Positions 58,401-64,000 of a stretch of DNA of 64,000 bases are shown here, in pieces (positions within the stretch are counted from its first letter, which is position 1; the number at the start of each line of letters is the position of its first letter). Origin of the DNA: Chiloscyllium plagiosum (lineage: Eukaryota); NCBI RefSeq assembly GCF_004010195.1, contig NC_057719.1, forward strand, positions 86,040,056 through 86,104,055, given 5' to 3'. A model generated the notes under the pieces. It was not told the origin of the DNA. It ran no database searches and saw nothing but the letters and a program-made list of their open reading frames with translations. The position numbers and the translations under genes are program-made.

Positions 58401-61114
58401 ACTCCCTTTTATTCTCTGAGCCCGAGTTGATAACAGGAAATGTTCGTCAGTTTTCCTGACTTTCAATGTGACTTGACAATGATATGTATTAAGTCAGGAA
58501 AGGAATGAGCAGGTTTGAAATATTCCAGCCGCTTAACAACTAGTCATCGTTCACAGTCTAGGTTCAAATATAAAACAATCACCGAGGCAAATTCCTGGAC
58601 AGCAGTCAAGGCTCAAACACCCATACCCTAACTGCTAATACTGTTAGACCTGTCTCCCAGCTACCAACATCCAATGACTTATATCGCAATGTGAATCAAC
58701 AACATGCATGGAAGCAGAAGGAAAGTGGAGGGGAAAACATTTTTCTCTATCCCCACCTAGTTCCGCAACCCCCATGCCCCACCCACTGCTAAACTTCCAC
58801 ACCCTGTGCTGTAGGAAACAAGCTCAAACTAATCATTTGTCTGCACTGATCTGCTGTGTGAGCGCACAGTACTCAGACACAGCCTCACAGAAACTCAGTG
58901 ATTTGCGCCAAACTGACTGCATGCAAAAAGCAACAAGCCTTGTGCTGACATGCAGGTATTCCCATTCTTCAGCAGGAGATTCAGGGAATGCATGCTCATC
59001 ACCCTACTATCCACCATACCATCTCTCTCAAATTCCTATTTTATAACAAGCACTTTAATCGAATGGCTGATAGAGTTTAAACTTACCACAAACATTTCAG
59101 GACAGCTGTGAGCTGTAAAATGGCAACTAGGTACAGATAGATACAAACAGCATCACATTAGCATCTTTAGCTGTATTTTGGTTATGCAAGGACCTTATCT
59201 TTTCATTTTTCTGTATTTTTTATTGTAGACTGAAATGGGAAAATGACTGTTTTAGAAGGCAAGGACTGTTGAAGCAAGCAACCTGAAATGCATTGTAAGC
59301 ATTAGTTGTACAGCTGCTTGTTCAAATAGTGGGAAAGTCTAGAGCCAAGGGGTGTGTACAAATGAAGCTTCAGCCACCAAGTAGCTGATTGGTCTGTGGA
59401 CTGGTGAACAGTTATCAACGACAAAGAACTTTTGCCTTCTAACGGTTATATGATTGGCTCCCAGGTAGCAGAACATCTTGGAGATGAGTGTGTTTGGGAG
59501 AGGCCATCTGACCTTCTAAACGGAAGGAGCTGTCCTTTTCACTGCAATAAAAACATCATGAAGCCTGAAGATAGCCAGTTTATTTTCTCTCAGCAGTTGC
59601 TGGAAACTTTTTAGCCAGTAAGTCAGAGACTTTACAGCTGTGAGCCAACTCTTCTGTGTCTCCTGCAAAGAAAGTCCTGAGAATGGATAATCTCAGCAGA
59701 CTCTGTGGACAGGGACAATGGAAATGTGTTCCCAGGCTTTCCCTCCACCCATAACACCCATTCTTCAGTTTGTATGTGTGTAGAAGGGACATTTATAAGG
59801 GGGTTATAGTTTTAATTAACAGTTCATAATTGTTTACCTATAATTAGAATAAATAGTAATGCTTGTTAAGTACAGAAACCTGGTCCATGTTTTCTGTCAA
59901 TGTGGATGTAGAACATGGGTAAATTGGAGAGTTCTGCACACTTTGTAAAATCTTAAACTTTTGTGACAACTGTAAGGGGCTTGATTTCTGGTAAACTACC
60001 CAGTATTATGCCAGTGAGGCATAGTGGTGTGCATATGCACTCTGCCAGATTAGCTCAGGACAGCACAGAACTCAAGCTGCTATCTGACAGAGTTGGAGGC
60101 TTCTGCTGTCATGCTTCTTGTAGTTGCTCTAAGCCCAGTCATGAGAAACACACATTCAAAATGGGTGCAAAATAATGCTAGGCTGACAGGAATAAAGGGG
60201 TTCTATTGTCCTATGCGAGTTAGAAAAAACACTTTTAATTTGGATTCATCAGACACCAATCGAATGTACGTCAATCAGCATCAGCACAGTATTTCAGCAT
60301 TCCAACTCAGAATGCTCCCTTTCATAAAATTCACAGTGATTTGAAATGCTACTACCTTCGTCTAACTATGCAATCAAGACCTAGTCAGGAATACTAGTTT
60401 CGCAAATTTGTAAATCAAATATTTTAGGCATAACCAGAGTTGAGATGTAAGCAGTAGTGATGATGCTTACTCTGTAACATCGTGGGGTTCTTGGAATAAA
60501 ATATTCACAAGGATTCCCCCAAGTTCCAAACATAGTTGCAACACTTCTCTGAGGTTCCACCAAACTTCTGCAAAAATTATATCACCAGATTTGGACAACT
60601 CTAGAAGAAACTTATCTCGTTTATTCGGGTAAGGGTAACTCACTGTGTAACTGTAAAGTTCCTATTTATTCATTAGGGTAAGATTAACTATGTTATTATA
60701 TGACTTCATATTCAATCATGTAGATTTACTCACTGTTTAACTGTCCTGGGTTTCTGGTCATTCAGGAAAATTAGTCAATTATTTTAATCAACCTGCTTCG
60801 ACTCTTACGACATACATCGAGGGCATATAGAGCTCGAACCTGGACATTCTGGCCCAGACTTTACTACTGCGCCACAAGAGCCTTACAGCAATGTTAGTCA
60901 TGCCAATTAAACAAATGCATTGTACGTATAATAATTAATTAATTCAAATCACAATTGCCTCAATTGCCATACAAACCCTGACAGGAAAGTCATCAAAATT
61001 CTTGATCTGATCATCAACTTTGGCCTTAGGTCCATCTGCAGCGACTAAACAGCGAGACAGAAACCTTTGGATCTGTGCTTTTTGCATAAAACCAGTCCCA
61101 TGAAATATACTTTC
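16457..61114 (-). CDS. capn3: Calpain-3 (muscle calpain, p94) gene, multi-exon, 5'-partial (exon 6 to stop within window)
   Basis: 18 GT-AG exons join in frame. Catalytic His (GHAYSVT) and Asn (RNPWG) motifs, C2-like domain, penta-EF-hand, C-terminus [12 protein letters not shown]3-diagnostic VPKE micro-exon and PIIFVSDR (IS2). Confidence 0.96.
17022..17350 (+). mobile_element. Older HE1-related V-SINE
   Basis: Diverged tRNA head and V-domain; its tail (ttctatgattc) resumes after 17646. Confidence 0.85.
17348..17646 (-). mobile_element. Young HE1-type V-SINE with small internal deletion
   Basis: Near-identical to the 12381 copy, (AATGT)n tail. Confidence 0.92.
17770..19330 (-). mobile_element. 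Old CR1-like LINE
   Basis: [26 protein letters not shown] motifs; CR1 3' UTR. Confidence 0.75.
19850..20381 (+). mobile_element. Possible solo LTR
   Basis: About 530 bp non-coding block with AATAAA and ending ..ggtccataac; termini are imperfect. Confidence 0.35.
20667..20725 (-). CDS. capn3: capn3 exon 23, (R)[19 protein letters not shown]
   Basis: 59 nt, tttgttcttcag / gtaggt, EF5 loop. Confidence 0.96.
21398..21845. mobile_element. Palindromic Penelope-like element (second family) with two hammerhead motifs
   Basis: Near-perfect inverted arms of more than 120 bp; direct repeat tttctgcatct at 21387-21397 and 21845-21855. Confidence 0.85.
21722..21756 (+). ncRNA. Minimal hammerhead ribozyme motif (CUA site); mirror copy on minus strand at about 21438-21473
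   Basis: cat-CTGATGA-A-GGAGC agc GCTCC-GAAA-G-CTA^-gtg. Confidence 0.7.
22544..22580 (-). ncRNA. Minimal hammerhead ribozyme motif (sense to capn3 pre-mRNA)
   Basis: Minus strand attc-CTGAAGA-A-GGGC ttat GCCC-GAAA-C-GTC^-gatt. Confidence 0.7.
23103..23139 (+). ncRNA. Minimal hammerhead ribozyme motif
   Basis: attc-CTGAAGA-A-GGGC ttat GCCC-GAAA-C-GTC^-gattc. Confidence 0.7.
24856..24972 (-). CDS. capn3: capn3 exon 22, (G)[38 protein letters not shown]
   Basis: 117 nt, ttgttcttcag / gtaagt. Confidence 0.96.
25100..25835 (+). mobile_element. CR1/L2-clade LINE 3' end with tandemly repeated segment
   Basis: Segment ..cagcagat..aacac..gttccttcactgtt..ggttaaaa..tggaa.. occurs twice (about 25380-25490 and 25560-25680); 3' end gcagctcaccaccacctt shared with 11117. 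Confidence 0.65.
25898..25976 (-). CDS. capn3: capn3 exon 21, [26 protein letters not shown]
   Basis: 79 nt, ttctttgcag / gtgagt, EF3 loop. Confidence 0.96.
26720..27305 (+). mobile_element. Decayed CR1-like LINE pieces
   Basis: TKIADDTK (FADD-like) motif followed by CR1 3' sequence. Confidence 0.7.
28504..28572 (-). CDS. capn3: capn3 exon 20, [23 protein letters not shown]
   Basis: 69 nt, ggcag / gtatga, EF2 loop. Confidence 0.96.
29301..29644 (+). mobile_element. Young HE1-type V-SINE, 23-bp internal duplication
   Basis: Full head, V-domain, (TAATC)n tail. Confidence 0.93.
29731..30030 (-). mobile_element. HE1-type V-SINE (second subfamily)
   Basis: Head, V-domain and tail; lies tail-to-tail with the previous copy. 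Confidence 0.9.
30536..30877 (-). mobile_element. Internally deleted Penelope-like element with GIY-YIG C-terminal fragment
   Basis: [24 protein letters not shown] joined to the same terminus as the hammerhead repeats; tgctttgtg repeat at 30528-30536 and 30877-30885. Confidence 0.85.
31408..31469 (-). CDS. capn3: capn3 exon 19, (H)[20 protein letters not shown]
   Basis: 62 nt (one codon shorter than human), ttgtcctcag / GTATCCTTTC. Confidence 0.95.
32185..33210 (-). mobile_element. CR1-like LINE 3' part
   Basis: Antisense GVQQGS (GVPQGS-like) through CR1 3' UTR. Confidence 0.8.
33364..33490 (-). mobile_element. 5'-truncated HE1 SINE
   Basis: Tail only. Confidence 0.75.
33530..34095 (+). 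mobile_element. CR1-like LINE 3' end
   Basis: [15 protein letters not shown] motifs and tatgactcta tail. Confidence 0.88.
34416..34473 (-). CDS. capn3: capn3 exon 18, [19 protein letters not shown]
   Basis: 58 nt, gccacag / gtaagt, EF1 region. Confidence 0.95.
34632..34685. repeat. Perfect 27-bp tandem duplication
   Basis: gggggaaatattcaacaattctatcga x2. Confidence 0.95.
35285..35362 (-). CDS. capn3: capn3 exon 17, [26 protein letters not shown]
   Basis: 78 nt, ttccattgtcag / gtaagt. Confidence 0.94.
36260..36650. repeat. Degenerate minisatellite, unit about 34-40 bp
   Basis: Recurring ggtgagactgtctctatctaggaatgagttcctg(t/c)t. Confidence 0.75.
36967..37056 (-). CDS. capn3: capn3 exon 16 (IS2), [30 protein letters not shown]
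   Basis: Acceptor ccttctttcctctag followed by conserved PIIFVSDR. Donor AAG|gttttt is weak, so the 3' boundary is less certain. Confidence 0.85.
38499..38693. mobile_element. Short palindromic PLE derivative (older)
   Basis: Inverted arms; acacac(a/g)tggatga repeat at 38485-38498 and 38694-38707. Confidence 0.82.
39073..39379 (-). mobile_element. Young HE1-type V-SINE
   Basis: Head, V-domain, (AATGT)n tail. Confidence 0.92.
39900..40345. repeat. GA-rich low-complexity tract with internal duplication (period about 265 bp)
   Basis: gagggagcgagatagttgga.agag.ttca.acc.ggagagggag occurs twice. Confidence 0.85.
41263..41588 (-). mobile_element. HE1-type V-SINE (second subfamily)
   Basis: Head, V-domain and tail. 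Confidence 0.9.
42276..42312 (-). CDS. capn3: capn3 exon 14, [12 protein letters not shown]
   Basis: 37 nt, phase 2/0 as required, ttaatttcag / gtttgt; same size as human exon 14 (EVENTISVDRPV). Confidence 0.85.
42901..43126. mobile_element. Short palindromic PLE derivative with back-to-back hammerhead motifs
   Basis: Inverted arms of about 97 bp centred on ggaatcc; 14-bp repeat tgttgatttatcag at 42892-42905 and 43127-43140. Confidence 0.9.
42997..43034 (+). ncRNA. Minimal hammerhead ribozyme motif
   Basis: gaatc-CTGAAGA-A-GGGC ttat GCCC-GAAA-T-GTC^-gattc (5-bp helix I). Confidence 0.7.
44561..44663 (-). mobile_element. Single short PLE terminus, degenerate hammerhead
   Basis: tgtttacagagtc repeat at 44554-44566 and 44664-44676; core GAAA mutated to AAAA. 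Confidence 0.8.
44751..44959 (-). CDS. capn3: capn3 exon 13, [13 protein letters not shown]...[10 protein letters not shown](E)
   Basis: 209 nt, ctttttcctag / gtaagt. Confidence 0.96.
45814..45825 (-). CDS. capn3: capn3 exon 12, 12-nt micro-exon VPKE
   Basis: tttttctttgtaaag|GTG CCC AAA GAG|gtaaat; same peptide as human exon 12. Confidence 0.93.
46258..46476 (+). mobile_element. CR1-like LINE 3' end
   Basis: Homologous to 10320-10510 and 33880-34090. Confidence 0.75.
46600..47190 (+). mobile_element. LTR-like interspersed repeat (related to 59.2-60.0 kb)
   Basis: Shared block tgattg.tct.tggactggtga.cagtta...atgattgg.tc.cag. Confidence 0.45.
47200..47290 (-). mobile_element. PLE terminal fragment
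   Basis: actgcagatgc..gaaattgctggagaactcagcaggtctggcagcatc. Confidence 0.6.
47300..48100. mobile_element. CR1-like LINE 3' fragments: minus copy interrupted by a plus copy (about 47690-48015)
   Basis: CR1 3' motifs in both orientations. Confidence 0.65.
48315..50130 (-). mobile_element. CR1-like LINE, ORF2 RT to 3' tail
   Basis: [39 protein letters not shown]. Confidence 0.95.
49701..49863. repeat. 82-bp near-perfect tandem duplication inside a LINE
   Basis: catatctttctcaacggtaagcacagtagaaatattcattaagggcctcgtccacctcctgcagtt.. x2. Confidence 0.92.
50177..50346 (-). CDS. capn3: capn3 exon 11, (D)[20 protein letters not shown]...TIGFAIYE
   Basis: 170 nt, ttctttcttttaag / gtagat; acidic loop of the C2-like domain. 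Confidence 0.96.
50372..50725 (+). mobile_element. CR1-like LINE 3' end
   Basis: [15 protein letters not shown] motif and tail. Confidence 0.88.
51373..51533 (-). CDS. capn3: capn3 exon 10, [21 protein letters not shown]...[11 protein letters not shown]
   Basis: 161 nt, tatgcag / gtgggt; matches ORF 51281..51532. Confidence 0.96.
53395..53836 (+). mobile_element. HE1 SINE containing an inverted HE1 fragment (about 53500-53615, gap 53529-53559)
   Basis: Plus-strand head and tail interrupted within the V-domain by minus-strand tail and V-domain. Confidence 0.8.
53881..54389. mobile_element. Probable solo LTR (TGT...ACA) carrying a nested insertion
   Basis: Begins tgtgaaataa, ends aatcaataca; continuous across the gagactc duplication. 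Confidence 0.5.
54009..54272 (-). mobile_element. A-tailed non-LTR retroposon fragment (L1/Tx1-style 3' end)
   Basis: T-rich tail at left; 7-bp repeat gagactc at 54002-54008 and 54273-54279; internal hairpin cactaccac..gtggtagtg. Confidence 0.65.
54391..54599. mobile_element. Short palindromic PLE derivative
   Basis: Inverted arms; 14-bp repeat tctaatcaatacaa at 54377-54390 and 54597-54610. Confidence 0.9.
55994..56071 (-). CDS. capn3: capn3 exon 9, [25 protein letters not shown](W)
   Basis: 78 nt, ttttctgttccag / gtgagg, EDGEFW motif. Confidence 0.95.
57338..57423 (-). CDS. capn3: capn3 exon 8, [28 protein letters not shown](K) (catalytic Asn)
   Basis: 86 nt, ccaacag / gtatat, RLRNPWG motif. 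Confidence 0.96.
57515..57910. repeat. Highly degenerate minisatellite
   Basis: Recurring ccctgtaatcactc(t/c)ctgta.ccc.ctattcc. Confidence 0.55.
58007..58090 (-). CDS. capn3: capn3 exon 7, [28 protein letters not shown] (catalytic His)
   Basis: 84 nt, ttttcacag / gtaagt, [11 protein letters not shown] motif. Confidence 0.96.
59170..59968 (+). mobile_element. LTR-like repeat (probable solo LTR)
   Basis: Homology to 46.6-47.2 kb, AATAAA, ends ..ttgtgaca; left boundary uncertain. Confidence 0.5.
60977..61114 (-). CDS. capn3: capn3 exon 6 equivalent (IS1 insertion), [46 protein letters not shown]
   Basis: 138 nt, phase 0/0, acceptor gatattccag, donor AGG|gtttgt, open frame. Position and length fit human exon 6 (144 nt); end DDFPVR resembles human DERPTR; otherwise low similarity. 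Confidence 0.72.
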
Positions 61115-61439
61115 CTGGAATATCAGACAGCACCACAATGAGCGGTAAGGAACGGAGAAAGCGGGAAAAACAACAGGAGACAGACAGAGATGGGAGAGAG
61201 AGATACAAAAAGCAAAAGAATGATAGAGAGAGTGAGACAATATGTGAAAGAAAAGCACATAACAGCATGAGAGATAAAAATAACAATGTAAAGGAAAGAT
61301 AACTGATTTGAAATGGATAAACCAGTACAGATAGGTTTTTTTTTAGTTACTATAACAAACCCAGAACGTCTGGGCAGTAATATTTACTTTTCTTTCATGG
61401 AATGTGGACGTCAGTAGCAAAGTCAACATTCTGATGTCC

Positions 61440-62260
61440 AGAAAACAACAAATGCTGGAAATCACAGCAGGTCAGGGAGCATCCATGGAGCGAGAGCAAA
61501 CTAATGTTTTAAGTCCAGGTGACTCTTCATCAGAGGTGAAGCGAAGTGTGGAGGGACAACATTTATGCAATAGTTTGGGGGAGTGGTGGTGGGGGAAGTA
61601 GGTGTAGGGTGCTGGTGGAGAAAAGATGTTAGTAGTTTACATTAAGAGATCAGAATGTGAGAATGGCAGAATAATGGTATGTCTCCTGCCAGGCTTCAAA
61701 GGATGGGAAGTGGGGCGGGGGAGGGGAGGACATGTTAACAAGCTAAAAGAAAGAAATGGTTCACAATTTAAAGATGTTGAACTCGTGTTAAGTGGGGAAG
61801 TCTGCAAAGTTCCCAGTCTGAAGATGAGATGTTGTTCCTCCAGTTTGTGCTGTGTTTCACTGGTACATTGCAGCAAGCTGAAGACAGTCATGTGGGCATG
61901 CAAGCAGGAGACTGTGTTAAAATAACCGGCTACTGGAACATTGGGGTCCTGCTTGTGCACAGACTGGAGGTGTTCCGCAAAGCAGTCACTTGTGTTTGGT
62001 TTCTCCAATGTAGAGTAGGCCCCATTGGATGCAGCGAATACAATACACAGATTGGAGGGGTTACAGGTGAAATGCTGTTTCATCTGGAAAGACTGTTTTG
62101 GCACTTGAACGGTAAGCAGGGATAAAGTGAAGAGGCAAGTGTTACATGGGAAGGTGCTGTGGAGCTGTGGGGGAGGGGGTGTGGGATTGAGGTAATGGGT
62201 TGGTGTTGGTGGCTGTGGAATGGACTAAAGTGTCCCGGAGGGAAAGATCCCTGCCAAATG
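61440..62260 (-). mobile_element. Penelope-like element 3' portion (GIY-YIG endonuclease remnant + terminus)
   Basis: [31 protein letters not shown]; degenerate hammerhead CTGATGA-A-GAGTC acctg GACTT-AAAA at about 61500-61535. Confidence 0.88.
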
Positions 62261-62929
62261 CATCCCATTTACAGTGTATATATCTCTGGTCAATGGTAAC
62301 CCCCAAAATGTTCACAGTAGGAGTTTAAGTGATGTTAATGCCTTTGAGTATAAGAACAGGTGGTTAGGTTCTCTCATGATAGAAATGCAAATTGACTGAC
62401 ACAAATGTTACATATGTTTAACTGCTCAAGCCTGAATCTTGACAAGGTCTTCCCGTACATAAACACAGAATGTTTCACTGTCTGAAGCATAAGATTCAAA
62501 GAGAAAGATGATGGCAAGCCACATAGTCATAGCAAGGAAGACTTCACTGCAGTGAGACAGAAACCAAATGAGTAACTTAGAATTGGGTCAATGAGGGAAT
62601 TCGGAGCAGAAGGGGTAAGACATTTTTAAATTAAGATTTACTGCAAGAAATAAAGTTCCAGAGTAAAAGGTGAGCTGTAGAAGAATGAGGAGTGGATCAA
62701 GAGGACTACTGACACAGCAAATAATCACAGCATGATGTCACAAGTGCAGAGAAAGATGGTGATTGGTAGTAGGTTGATTAGTATTTCAGATCTTTAAAGT
62801 GAAAGTTAGCATTTAGTTTGTCGTTATTCTCAAGAAATGTTTTCAGTTTCTCTGAGAAATACTTTGTCAGGTTTTTATAGTAAATTCACACTTATTCTAT
62901 GGGTAACAAATAGATTTTAGAATTACAGG

Positions 62930-64000
62930 ATGGCATATCAGAGGACTAAGTGAAGTATATATCCTAAGGGATGTGTGAAATCAAAGACATATATGTCCCA
63001 GACAAACACACCTACAGGAAATGTCACCAGGTGCACAGGCTTGAACTCCTAGTTTTGGAATCTGAGCAATGGCTGGAGACACTTGTACCTGTAGGGAGGT
63101 GGTCACATTGCAGATTAGAAGCATATGTGGAGAGGGGGGATGGGTGATTACTAGGCAGTTTAAGAGAATCAGGCAAGGTAGTGCAGTGTCCCCTGACTTT
63201 ACCATGCTTGCTAAATGATATTTCCTCAGGGAAATGCAGCCAGATCTAAGTCCATGGCACCATGGGCAACTCCGCTGTAAAAGGGAGGAGACAGCAGAAT
63301 GGAAGAGCAAACATTTTTGGATCTTCATAGTCAGGGGATCAGACAGGTGTTTCTGTGGCAGAAAATGTGACTCCGGAATGGAGTGTTGCCTTCTGGTGCC
63401 AATTTCAAGGATATCTGGATTGTAAGACATCCTTTTGGGGGAAGCAGATCACCCAAAAGTCATGGTCCACATTGGTACCAATGATATAAGCATGAAAAAG
63501 GATGAGATCCTGAAGACATTTTTCAGGGAGTTAGGAAGGAAATGTAAAATGAGGTACTGCAGAGCATTTATCTCAGGGTTGCTCCTAGTGCCACCTCCCT
63601 GTCAATTTAAGAACAGGAGGATTGTCTGAATGAATACATGGTGGGAGAACTGATATAAGAGAGAAGGCCTTGGATTTCTGAAGACTGGGGCCAATTCTGG
63701 GCAGGTAGGACCTGGACAAGCTGGATGGGTTACACCTTAAGAGGACTGGGGCAAATAAGCTTACAGTGAGATTTGCTGGTACTATTGGGGTGAGTTTAAA
63801 ATAGCTTGTCAGGAAACATGAAATTGGAACGAAGTAAAGTTGGCAACAGGAAGTTGTAAAACAGAGACCAGAAGACAGAAAAAAGGAAGCTAAGTATTGA
63901 GTACATTTCAAAGGCAGAATGATGTCAAAAAGACAGAGTTAAGGGCACTCTACCTAAATGCGCACAACATTCACTACAAGGTAGATGATCGAGAGGCACA
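62930..64000 (+). mobile_element. CR1-like LINE 5' part (ORF1 esterase and start of ORF2), runs off window
   Basis: PKVMVHIGTND, ISGLL, DGLHL..G motifs, then ALYLNAHNI..KVD endonuclease start. Confidence 0.85.

Noticed and set aside
61115-64000. capn3 exon 5 (..GSLMGCSID)
   Set aside because: Not found; the region is repeats and intron, so exons 1-5 lie outside the window.

Overview
Vertebrate genomic DNA, almost certainly from a shark (HE1-type V-SINEs with (TAATC)n/(AATGT)n tails, abundant CR1-like LINEs). A carpet/bamboo shark is my inference and is not proven. The window holds the 3' three-quarters of a calpain-3 gene (capn3) on the minus strand. Eighteen coding exons were read off by hand, all GT-AG, with phases matching human CAPN3 exons 6-14 and 16-24 and sizes matching except exons 6, 16 and 19; the stop codon is at 16457. 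Exons 1-5, including the catalytic Cys, lie beyond the right edge. Points of note: an IS1-position exon is present; no KKKKTK exon 15 was found, but a 9-nt candidate micro-exon sits in its place; the 12-nt VPKE micro-exon is present; intron 19 is a textbook U12-type intron. The rest is mostly retroelements: CR1-like and RTE LINEs, HE1 SINEs, LTR-like pieces, and many Penelope-like element (PLE) ends. The PLE ends carry minimal hammerhead-ribozyme motifs and repeatedly form short asymmetric palindromes bounded by 11-14 bp target-site duplications. Repeat boundaries are approximate, no database searches were run, and comparisons to human CAPN3 are from memory.
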